A stretch of DNA of 32,000 bases from Thermosulfurimonas dismutans. GTDB lineage: Bacteria > Desulfobacterota > Thermodesulfobacteria > Thermodesulfobacteriales > Thermodesulfobacteriaceae. The stretch is from assembly GCF_001652585.1 (NCBI RefSeq), contig NZ_LWLG01000018.1, positions 11,478 through 43,477 of the forward strand, in the 5' to 3' direction. Under the pieces are notes generated by a model, which worked only from the letters and a program-made list of their open reading frames with translations, ran no database searches and was not told the origin of the DNA. Both the position numbers and the translations under genes were made by a program. How positions within the stretch are numbered: the stretch's first letter is position 1; each line of letters begins with the position of its first letter. Of this stretch, positions 24,687 to 32,000 are shown in pieces.

Positions 24687-25985
24687 ATGGTAGCCAAAAC
24701 TAACGAGTGGCCGCCTGAGGAGTGGTTTGGAAAATTCTATCTTGCGGATCTCCATGTGCATAGCCGTTTCAGTCGGGCTACCAGCCGCGAGATGGGCATT
24801 CCGGCTCTCGCGCGGGTGGGTAAGGAGAAAGGTCTTTCCCTTATCGGTACCGGAGACTTTACCCATCCCGAATATTTCCGTGAACTCTGCGAGCTTCTTG
24901 AGCCTGCCCCCGAAGAGGGCCTCTATGTTTTTCGGGAGGACCCTGACGGACCTCGCTTCGTACTCTCGGCCGAGATTTCAAACATCTTTTCCGCCAACGG
25001 TAAAACCAACCGCCGCATCCATATTCTGATCCTGGCTCCTTCCTTGGAAGTGGTGCGGGAGATCAATCTGGCCCTTTCGCGCCTGGGGAATCTTTCCGCC
25101 GACGGCCGCCCCACATTCGGTTTTTCGGCCAAAAATCTGGTGAAACTCCTTCGGGAGATCTCGCCTGATATTCTCATCATCCCGGCTCATGCCTGGACGC
25201 CTTGGTACTCGGTCTTCGGAGCCTTTTCCGGATTCGATTCCGTGGAGGAGTGTTTCGAAGAAGAAGCCGAACATATCTACGCCCTGGAGACTGGACTTTC
25301 CTCGGATCCAGAAATGAACTGGCGGGTTTCGGCCTTGGATCGGTTTACTCTGATATCCAACTCCGACGCCCATTCTCCGTCCAAACTCGGCCGAGAGGCC
25401 AATGCCTTCTGGTTCCCCATGAGCTATCCGGCACTTGCGGAGGCCATTAAGACCGGAGATTTGGCTTTTACCGTGGAGTTCTATCCCGAGGAGGGCAAGT
25501 ACCACTTTGACGGTCATCGGGCCTGCGGAGTGCTCTTTTCCCCTAAAGAGACCCGGGCCCACGGTGGCAAATGCCCGGTTTGCGGGCAGAGCCTTACCGT
25601 AGGGGTGATGCATCGGGTAGAGGCCCTGGCTGACCGTCCAGAAGGTTTCCGGCCTGAGGGGAAGCCCCTTTCGGTGCACCTGGTGCCCCTTGAGGAGATC
25701 ATTGCCGAGGCCCTGGAGGTCGGTCCGCAGAGCAAACGGGTTAAGAAGACCTACCGCCAGCTTATCGAACTTGGAGGAAGCGAGTTTGCCATTCTGCTTG
25801 AGAAGGATCTCTCCGAACTTTCCGAATTTGTGCCTGAGAGGATTCTAGAGGGCATAAGGAGGGTGCGGGAGGGACGACTTTATATTCGGCCGGGCTACGA
25901 CGGGGTCTATGGCGTCGTTTCCATCTTTGGGAAAGAGGAGCCTTCCGAGACCGAAACCGGACCTAAGCAACAGAGCCTGTTTTGA
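24687..25985 (+). CDS. Endonuclease Q (EndoQ / TIGR00375)-like PHP-domain nuclease
   Basis: YLADLHVHSRFSRATS and GTGDFTHP (PHP metal sites), NSDAHSP, and the zinc finger CPVCGQSLTVGVMHRVEAL. Length is ~430 aa, as in archaeal EndoQ. SD AGGAGGAAG. Confidence 0.8.
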   Translation: MVAKTNEWPPEEWFGKFYLADLHVHSRFSRATSREMGIPALARVGKEKGLSLIGTGDFTHPEYFRELCELLEPAPEEGLYVFREDPDGPRFVLSAEISNIFSANGKTNRRIHILILAPSLEVVREINLALSRLGNLSADGRPTFGFSAKNLVKLLREISPDILIIPAHAWTPWYSVFGAFSGFDSVEECFEEEAEHIYALETGLSSDPEMNWRVSALDRFTLISNSDAHSPSKLGREANAFWFPMSYPALAEAIKTGDLAFTVEFYPEEGKYHFDGHRACGVLFSPKETRAHGGKCPVCGQSLTVGVMHRVEALADRPEGFRPEGKPLSVHLVPLEEIIAEALEVGPQSKRVKKTYRQLIELGGSEFAILLEKDLSELSEFVPERILEGIRRVREGRLYIRPGYDGVYGVVSIFGKEEPSETETGPKQQSLF

Positions 25986-27183
25986 AATCGAGGGCTTCCT
26001 TGATGTCGAAGCCGGTTGGTTTCTGAAAGATCCGGAGCTCGAATTCCGGGGCCGCGGCGATGATATGGTCGAAAATATCGGCCTGGACTTTTTCGTAGGG
26101 CACCCACCGGGTATCGGCCACGAAGCAATAGATCTCAAGAGGTAACCCTTCGGCAGTGGGCTGGAGGTGTCGAACCATGAGGGTCATGTCCCTGCGAATC
26201 ATAGGATGGGCCCGAAGATATTCCTCTATATAGATCCGAAAGGTTCCCAGGTTGGTGAGCCTTCGGCCATTTAAGGGAGAAGCCGCAGTATCAATGCCCA
26301 TCTTGCGATTGTAGTCTTCTATCTCCTTTAGCTTGCGATCTAAGTAGCCCTTCAAGAGGTGGATTTTTTTGAATTTTTCAAGCATTCTTTCATCGCAAAA
26401 TTTGACCGAACTCTGATCGATCAGGAGATGGCGTTTTATGCGTCGGCCGCCGGTTTTCTCCATGCCCCGCCAGTTCTTGAAGGATTCATCCATGAGACGG
26501 TAAGTGGGGATGCTCACGATGGTCTTGTCCCAGTTCTGGACTAGAACGTTATAAAGGGTCATTTCGATAACTTCGCCGTCGGCCCCGAACTGGGGGGCTT
26601 CGATCCAATCTCCGATGCGGATGAGATCTTGGGCGATGATCTGTAGGCTGGCCACAAAGGAGAGGATGGTGTTGCGGAAAACCAGGATGAGGATGGCACT
26701 CAGGGCTCCAAGACCGGAGAGTATGCCCCAAGGAGAGCGATCCAGGATGGTGCAGACGGCGATGACTCCGGCGGAAAACCAGATCAAAAACTTAAGGATT
26801 TGAATGTAGCCCCGGATGGGATGCCGTTTGGCAAAGGGTAAGCGATTATATATTTCCAGAAGCACGGATAGGCCACGATTTACGATGAGGGCTGCTACCG
26901 GAGCTAGTATGACTTCCGAGAGTTTGATCAGGAAACTGGAGATCTCTGGGACGAGCTGGCTTCCGTAATAAAGAACCGATAGCGGAACCAGGTAGGCCAG
27001 GGCCGAAAATACCCCGTGTTTCACCAGAAGGTCGTCTATGTCTGTGTGAGATCTCTCAGCGAATTGATGGATGATGGTCAACAGGAGTCGGCGGGTAAGC
27101 CAAAAGGTTATATAGGCTAGGAGGAAAAGAAGGAGGATTTTCCCAGAGATAATGGCTTCGTGAGGCAAATCTTTAAAGCTCAT
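25963..27183 (-). CDS. Mechanosensitive ion channel family protein (MscS superfamily, YbdG-like size)
   Basis: N-terminal TM helices, then the pore helix/beta-domain pattern LIRIGDWIEAP..GADGEVIEMTLYNVLVQNWDKTIVSIPTYRL. The ATG overlaps the HDOD stop (ATGA). The 3' end overlaps the convergent EndoQ-like gene by 23 nt. Confidence 0.85.
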   Translation of the reverse strand: MSFKDLPHEAIISGKILLLFLLAYITFWLTRRLLLTIIHQFAERSHTDIDDLLVKHGVFSALAYLVPLSVLYYGSQLVPEISSFLIKLSEVILAPVAALIVNRGLSVLLEIYNRLPFAKRHPIRGYIQILKFLIWFSAGVIAVCTILDRSPWGILSGLGALSAILILVFRNTILSFVASLQIIAQDLIRIGDWIEAPQFGADGEVIEMTLYNVLVQNWDKTIVSIPTYRLMDESFKNWRGMEKTGGRRIKRHLLIDQSSVKFCDERMLEKFKKIHLLKGYLDRKLKEIEDYNRKMGIDTAASPLNGRRLTNLGTFRIYIEEYLRAHPMIRRDMTLMVRHLQPTAEGLPLEIYCFVADTRWVPYEKVQADIFDHIIAAAPEFELRIFQKPTGFDIKEALDFKTGSVA

Positions 27184-28043
27184 GAGAAGAGAGCGGCCTT
27201 CAGGGCTTCGGTCTTTTCAAAGGCCTCCACAATAGAAGGGAAGAGATCCGTTTCGGCCACACCGGCTGCCGAAAGCAAATTGTCCGGGATCTCGTAGGCA
27301 AAGACATCTGTTCCGGCTCCGAAACCCATAAGATTCGTAAGCGTGTTGGCGAGGGCCGTAAGGGCCGCCGTTCTGGTTTGAAGCATCAAGCTTTCATCGT
27401 GATGGGCTCGAACCGCGAAATAAACTTCTTTAGGAAACTCCCAACGGCGGAGAAGTTCCGCACCCACAATGGCATGATCTGCTCCCAGAACCATCCATTC
27501 CGCCTGCATAAAGGTGAGATCGGGATTTTTTTTGATGATGTCCCTAATATTTTCTAGCTCTCCTTCCACAAAAAGATCCAGGGCTATTTTGCCTATGTCG
27601 TGAAGGAGGGCCGCAGTAAAAAGATTTTCCGGTCGAGACAGGCCGGCTCTACGGGCCAGGGCTTCGGCCATGAGCCCACAAGAAAGTGAGTGGATCCAGA
27701 CCTCGTGGGGGGTAAGCCCATACCCTTTAAGGGGCCGATTTAGGTATTTTCCGGTACAGGAGGCAATCAAAATGAACCTTATCTGGTTAATACCTAGGAG
27801 GGAAAAGGCCTGGATAAGGGTGTTTACCTTGCGAGGGAGACCGAAGGCTGCTGAGTTCACCAGTTTTAGGAAATTGGCCGTTATGGCAGCGTCGTGTCGT
27901 ACGATCTTTTCCAGTTCCCGAAAATCTACGTCTTCTTGCTGGAGGAGACGTAAAGCCTTCTGGGCGGTCTCAGGGAAGTTGGGGATGTGATCCAACTTTT
28001 CAAAAATCTGATCTAGAATGGCTGAGGCCCCCTGACCGCTCAC
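27180..28043 (-). CDS. HDOD domain-containing protein
   Basis: FPETAQKALRLL..., DAAITANFLKLVNSAAFGLPRKVNTLIQAFSLLG and LLHDIGK are typical HDOD signatures. The GTG start overlaps the cheD stop (GTGA). Confidence 0.85.
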   Translation of the reverse strand: MSGQGASAILDQIFEKLDHIPNFPETAQKALRLLQQEDVDFRELEKIVRHDAAITANFLKLVNSAAFGLPRKVNTLIQAFSLLGINQIRFILIASCTGKYLNRPLKGYGLTPHEVWIHSLSCGLMAEALARRAGLSRPENLFTAALLHDIGKIALDLFVEGELENIRDIIKKNPDLTFMQAEWMVLGADHAIVGAELLRRWEFPKEVYFAVRAHHDESLMLQTRTAALTALANTLTNLMGFGAGTDVFAYEIPDNLLSAAGVAETDLFPSIVEAFEKTEALKAALFS

Positions 28044-28510
28044 CAGGACTCCACCTTGTCAAAGGTGTAGACTTTAAGTCCTTCTTTTAAGGAGACTTCT
28101 ATTCTTCTTGGAAAGGGATCGCCCACCTTTTCAGCTAAGGGAAAAATGCCTAAACGTTTGAAGAAATAACGGGCAGCCCCTACGTTTTTGGTTCCGATAT
28201 CAAGCCATTTGGGAGTTTTTCTGAAACGTCCTCCTCCAGCCACCACAATTTTGGCTTTGTTAAGATCCCCGCCGCGATTTTTGAACTCCTTAAAAAACGC
28301 TGGAAGACCTTCCTCGGCAAAAAAAGCCGTAAAGCCTTCCGGGGTGGCCAGCCCACGGGCTTCGGGAAGAATATAATGTAGTAGACCCGCGAGTTTAGCT
28401 TCGGGATCGACAACCCCTATGGCTACGCAAGCTCCGAGATTTGGAGTGTAAAGGATCTCAGTAAGGGAATCCGTAAATTTGAAAGTGCCCTTTTCAACTA
28501 AAATCCTCAT
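28040..28510 (-). CDS. cheD: Chemoreceptor glutamine deamidase CheD
   Basis: NLGACVAIGVVD (catalytic Cys), LLHYILPE (His), and ~155 aa length. ATG at 28510; the ORF-track TTG at 28513 is one codon upstream. Confidence 0.88.
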   Translation of the reverse strand: MRILVEKGTFKFTDSLTEILYTPNLGACVAIGVVDPEAKLAGLLHYILPEARGLATPEGFTAFFAEEGLPAFFKEFKNRGGDLNKAKIVVAGGGRFRKTPKWLDIGTKNVGAARYFFKRLGIFPLAEKVGDPFPRRIEVSLKEGLKVYTFDKVESW

Positions 28511-28525
28511 CAAGGTTATCTTGCC

Positions 28526-29815
28526 TTAATCTTCCAAAATTCGCAAGAGCTTAGTGGGAGCCGTTACTACATCCAGTTTGTCAATTTCTGACAGGGCCTT
28601 TCTTACTGCGGACTCTTCGGCCTCATGGGTGAGCATTACGATGGGAACCGACCCTCCAATCTGCCTTCCTTTCTGTATTACGGAAGCGATACTTATGCCA
28701 TGTTTCCCCAGAATCCCGGAGATTTTGGAAAGCACTCCCGGACGATCCACCGCTGAAAATCGAAAGAAATAGCGTGAGACGATCCGTGGCATAGGTTTTA
28801 TGTCCAGAGGCGTCTCCCGGTAGAGGATAGAGGTGGGCTTGGCTCCGGAGATGATGAGTCTTGCGGCGTCGAGGAGGTCGGCCACCACGGCGCTGGCCGT
28901 GGGCTCGGCTCCGGCTCCGAGACCATAAAGCATGATCTCTCCCACGAAATCGCCTTTAAGTAAGAAGGCGTTATAAGCCAGGCGTACTGAAGAAAGCATG
29001 TGTCCTTCTGGAACCAGGGTGGGATGCACCCGGACTTCGACTTCCCCTTCTTTTTCTCTGGCTATGGCGAGAAGCTTGGTCAAGAAACCAAACTCCTTGG
29101 CAAAGGCCAAGTCCAGAGGCTCAAGGCCTTCGATGCCTTCTACATAGACTTTTTCAGCGGGTACGAAGCTTCCGTAGGAAAGTGTAGCTAGGAGGGCTAG
29201 TTTGTGTGCGGAATCCATCCCGGAAATGTCCAAAGTGGGATCGGCCTCGGCGAATCCGAGCTTCTGGGCTTCGACTAAGGCCTCTTTGAAAGAGAGTCCG
29301 CTTTCCTGCATACGCGTAAGAATGTAGTTGCAGGTCCCGTTTACGATAGCGGTAATGGTTTGAATACGGTTGGCGGAAAGACTCTCCCTTAGGGTCTTTA
29401 TGATGGGCACACCGCCACCTACAGCAGCTTCGAAAAATAACCCTCGGTCTGCGGCCTCCGCCGCTTGGAAGACCTCCGGGCCGAATTCGGCTAACACGGC
29501 CTTGTTGGCCGTAACCACGTGTTTCCCGGCCGAAAGGGCGGAAAGGATGTAACTTTTGGCGGGTTCAATACCTCCCATGAGTTCGCAGACGATCTCGATT
29601 TCCGGGTCCTCAAGGATTTCCTCCGCCCGGGTGGTAAGTGTTCCATCCGGAACGGAAACCGGACGCGGTTTTCCGAGATCCCTGACCAGGATTTTCTTGA
29701 TCGTCAGTCGTGAACCCGTCTTCTGGGCCATGAAATCGCCATTTTCAGAAAGAAGACGATAGACCCCAGAGCCTACTACTCCCAATCCAAGAAGCCCTAT
29801 TTTTATTTCCCGCAT
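28526..29815 (-). CDS. hom: Homoserine dehydrogenase (with C-terminal ACT domain)
   Basis: KIGLLGLGVVGSGV Rossmann motif, the catalytic-domain pattern, and an ACT-like tail (FRFSAVDRPGVLSKISGILGKHGISIASV). The ATG at 29815 overlaps the recG stop by 1 nt (TGATG). Confidence 0.93.
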   Translation of the reverse strand: MREIKIGLLGLGVVGSGVYRLLSENGDFMAQKTGSRLTIKKILVRDLGKPRPVSVPDGTLTTRAEEILEDPEIEIVCELMGGIEPAKSYILSALSAGKHVVTANKAVLAEFGPEVFQAAEAADRGLFFEAAVGGGVPIIKTLRESLSANRIQTITAIVNGTCNYILTRMQESGLSFKEALVEAQKLGFAEADPTLDISGMDSAHKLALLATLSYGSFVPAEKVYVEGIEGLEPLDLAFAKEFGFLTKLLAIAREKEGEVEVRVHPTLVPEGHMLSSVRLAYNAFLLKGDFVGEIMLYGLGAGAEPTASAVVADLLDAARLIISGAKPTSILYRETPLDIKPMPRIVSRYFFRFSAVDRPGVLSKISGILGKHGISIASVIQKGRQIGGSVPIVMLTHEAEESAVRKALSEIDKLDVVTAPTKLLRILED

Positions 29816-32000
29816 CAAGCCACCTCCGAGAGCCTGAGTCTCTCGGCCCAGCGTTCAGAAAGTACAAGTTTGAGCGGCTGGTGTTCGGGTTTAGCGAGAG
29901 CTGGGTCTTCTTCAAGGATCCGAAAGGCCTCCTCACGGGCAGCTAGTAACATGTCGTAGTCCCTTATCATATCCGCTCTCCGAAACTCCAGATATCCATG
30001 TTGTCTGGTGCCCAGGAATTCTCCGGGGCCTCTAATCTTGAGATCTTCCTCCGCAATGCGAAAACCATCGTTGGTTTCGGTAAGCACTTTGAGCCTCCGC
30101 CAGGCCTCACTTCCCGGTGATACCTCATGGGCGACCAAAAAGCAATAGGATTGGCGTTCGCTGCGTCCCACCCGCCCCCGTAATTGATGGAGCTGTGATA
30201 GTCCAAATCTTTCAGCATGTTCGATTACCATCACTGTAGCCTCCGGTACGTCCACCCCCACTTCGATCACGGTGGTGGAGACCAAGATTTGGATATCTCC
30301 CCGCTTGAAGGCTCGCATAACTCGCTCCTTCTCTACAGGGCTCATGCGCCCGTGAAGGAGACCTACCTCGTATTCTGGAAAGACTTCCTTCTGTAACTGT
30401 TCGGCCATCTCGGTGGCCGAAAGGAGGTCTAGTTTCTCAGACTCTTCGATCAGGGGCAGGACTACATAGGCCCGGTGTCCCTTGTAGATCTCTGTCCTTA
30501 CCTTTTCATAGACCACACCCCGGGAATGGGCGGAAAAGAGCTCGGTCTTGACCGGTTTTCGGCCGGCCGGGAGTTCGTCGATGATGGATACGTCGAGATC
30601 GCCGTAAAGCGTGAGCGCCAGGGTGCGAGGGATGGGGGTGGCGGTCATGACCAGGGTGTCGGGTGAGACCCCCTTGGCCTTCTCCCTTAAGGCCGCCCGC
30701 TGGAGAACTCCGAAACGATGCTGTTCGTCGATTATGACTAGCCCTAGGCGTTGGAATTCCACGTCCCCCTGAAAGAGGGCGTGGGTCCCGATTACGAGTT
30801 GAATATGTCCCAGAGCCAGGGCCTGTTTGATCTCTCGCTTGCGGGAGGGCGGAAGACCTCCGGTGAGCAGCGTAGCCTCTACCCCGGCCAGCCCGCAGAG
30901 TTCCCGGAATCCGGTGTAGTGCTGCTCAGCCAGGATCTCGGTGGGGGCCATGAGGGCCACTTGATAACCGTTGTCAATAGCTATCAGGGCCGCCACGAAG
31001 GCTACCACAGTCTTTCCACAGCCCACGTCCCCCTGAAGTAGTCGGTTCATGGGTACCGGCCGGGACATGTCCCGTTTGATCTCTTGAAGGGCTCGTTCCT
31101 GGGCCCTGGTCAGCTTGAAAGGGAGTTTGGCGAGAAAGGCCTTGGCCAGGTCGGAATCGATGTTGAAAGCGATACCGCTGGCCTGCTTGACCTGTGAACG
31201 CCGAAGCCCTAGGGCCAGCTCCAGGAAGAAGAATTCGTCAAAGGCCAGGCTCTTGTGATAGAGACTGCGCTCGCCCGCCAGGGCCTGGAGGTCGGCGTTT
31301 TCCGGAGGAAAATGGAGGGCTTTTACAGCTTCGGATAGAGGAAGGAGGCTCCGACGTCTGAGGATCTCATGTGGAATGAAGCTTGTGAGTTTTTCGGCGT
31401 GTTCTTCTACGGCCCGTCTCACAATTTTTCGGATGACTTTGGGAGAAACACCTTCAATGGTGGGATAGAGGGGAAGGATGCGCCCTACGTGAAGCTCTAG
31501 GCTGGGATCCTCAGGATCTTCCACTTCAGGGTGGACCATTTCGAAACGTCCTCCGAAACGGGATACCGGTCCGGAGACAATGACCGTTTTTCCGGGGCGG
31601 AAAAGATCCCGCAGGAGGGTTTCCCGGAAGTGGAACCATTTGAGGGCCAGGATACCCGTGCCGTCACTTATCAGGGCCTCGAAGACCCGGCGGCGTTTGA
31701 ACTGCACCGGGCCGGAGAGGATCACTTCTCCCTTGACCACGGCCGTTTCTCCAAGACGGAGATCGCGGATGGGGGTGAACCGTCGGCGATCTTCGTAACT
31801 TTTGGGAAGGAAGTATAGAAGATCTTCTATGGTGTGGATATCACGACTTGCGAGCCTGGCGGCAAGTTTCGGTCCCACACCTTTAAGATACTGGACCGGT
31901 GTGCGAAGTTCTTCTCTCCACTTTTTGTAGGTTTCGAGGTCGGGATAGGGAGGAAATTCGGGCTCCAGGTCCTGGTACTCTTCAAAATTTTCGGAAAGCT
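29815..32000 (-). CDS. recG: ATP-dependent DNA helicase RecG (5' end probably beyond the right edge)
   Basis: Wedge domain plus SF2 motifs GDVGCGKT, DEQHRFG, TATPIPRTL and QLRGRVGR. The ORF-track start (GTG 31878) falls inside the conserved LKGVGPK motif. The same frame stays open with no stop from 31879 to 32000 (...YKKWREELRTPVQYLKGVGPK). Confidence 0.92.
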   Translation of the reverse strand, partial: LSENFEEYQDLEPEFPPYPDLETYKKWREELRTPVQYLKGVGPKLAARLASRDIHTIEDLLYFLPKSYEDRRRFTPIRDLRLGETAVVKGEVILSGPVQFKRRRVFEALISDGTGILALKWFHFRETLLRDLFRPGKTVIVSGPVSRFGGRFEMVHPEVEDPEDPSLELHVGRILPLYPTIEGVSPKVIRKIVRRAVEEHAEKLTSFIPHEILRRRSLLPLSEAVKALHFPPENADLQALAGERSLYHKSLAFDEFFFLELALGLRRSQVKQASGIAFNIDSDLAKAFLAKLPFKLTRAQERALQEIKRDMSRPVPMNRLLQGDVGCGKTVVAFVAALIAIDNGYQVALMAPTEILAEQHYTGFRELCGLAGVEATLLTGGLPPSRKREIKQALALGHIQLVIGTHALFQGDVEFQRLGLVIIDEQHRFGVLQRAALREKAKGVSPDTLVMTATPIPRTLALTLYGDLDVSIIDELPAGRKPVKTELFSAHSRGVVYEKVRTEIYKGHRAYVVLPLIEESEKLDLLSATEMAEQLQKEVFPEYEVGLLHGRMSPVEKERVMRAFKRGDIQILVSTTVIEVGVDVPEATVMVIEHAERFGLSQLHQLRGRVGRSERQSYCFLVAHEVSPGSEAWRRLKVLTETNDGFRIAEEDLKIRGPGEFLGTRQHGYLEFRRADMIRDYDMLLAAREEAFRILEEDPALAKPEHQPLKLVLSERWAERLRLSEVA

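Noticed and set aside
24978-25679. 233-aa ORF antisense to the EndoQ-like gene
   Set aside because: The sense strand has conserved PHP and zinc-finger motifs and a strong SD. The antisense product is Gly/Arg/Pro-rich with no motif. This is a typical high-GC shadow ORF.

Overview
This is a gene-dense (roughly 95% coding) chromosomal core segment of a compact bacterial genome. The gene content suggests a thermophilic anaerobe: futalosine-type menaquinone genes, cytochrome bd, HypE, an AmmeMemoRadiSam-type radical SAM enzyme, and Glu/Lys/Arg-rich proteins. It looks Thermodesulfobacteriota-like, but the taxon cannot be proven from this window.

I call 35 protein-coding genes: rpoC 3' end, dus, tyrS, hypE, amrS-like radical SAM, HIT, CDF transporter, UPF0280/ApbE-like, Fe-S hydro-lyase beta subunit, AIM24/TIGR00266, one MCP, thrC, an Rrf2 regulator plus cydAB, rho, rpmE, prfA, Mth938-domain protein, a short HU-like protein, a REC-only response regulator, Trm112, a DUF4416-like protein, moaA, an aminotransferase, ubiE/menG, mqnA, an amidohydrolase, an MqnC/MqnE-family radical SAM, an EndoQ-like nuclease, an MscS-like channel, an HDOD protein, cheD, hom, and recG (5' end off the window). 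I also call two clear intrinsic terminators and several sigma70-like promoters.

I found no rRNA, tRNA, CRISPR array, transposase, integrase or phage gene. I do not see a defence island or a self-evidently novel multi-gene system. The candidates most worth follow-up are:
- a 36-bp perfect AT-only palindrome between the Rrf2 gene and cydA (candidate operator)
- a translationally coupled cheD-HDOD-mscS trio
- a REC-only regulator coupled to an HU-fold protein that lacks the DNA-embracing arm
- an MCP whose low-GC sensor domain carries a partial CZB-like H/C/H motif
- an orphan AmmeMemoRadiSam radical SAM gene overlapping hypE
- an AIM24 / TtdB-like / UPF0280 / CDF operon

Caveat: nearly all same-strand neighbours in this window overlap or abut, including functionally unrelated pairs. 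Overlap alone is therefore weak evidence of functional linkage. All homology calls come from motif recognition by eye, not from database searches.
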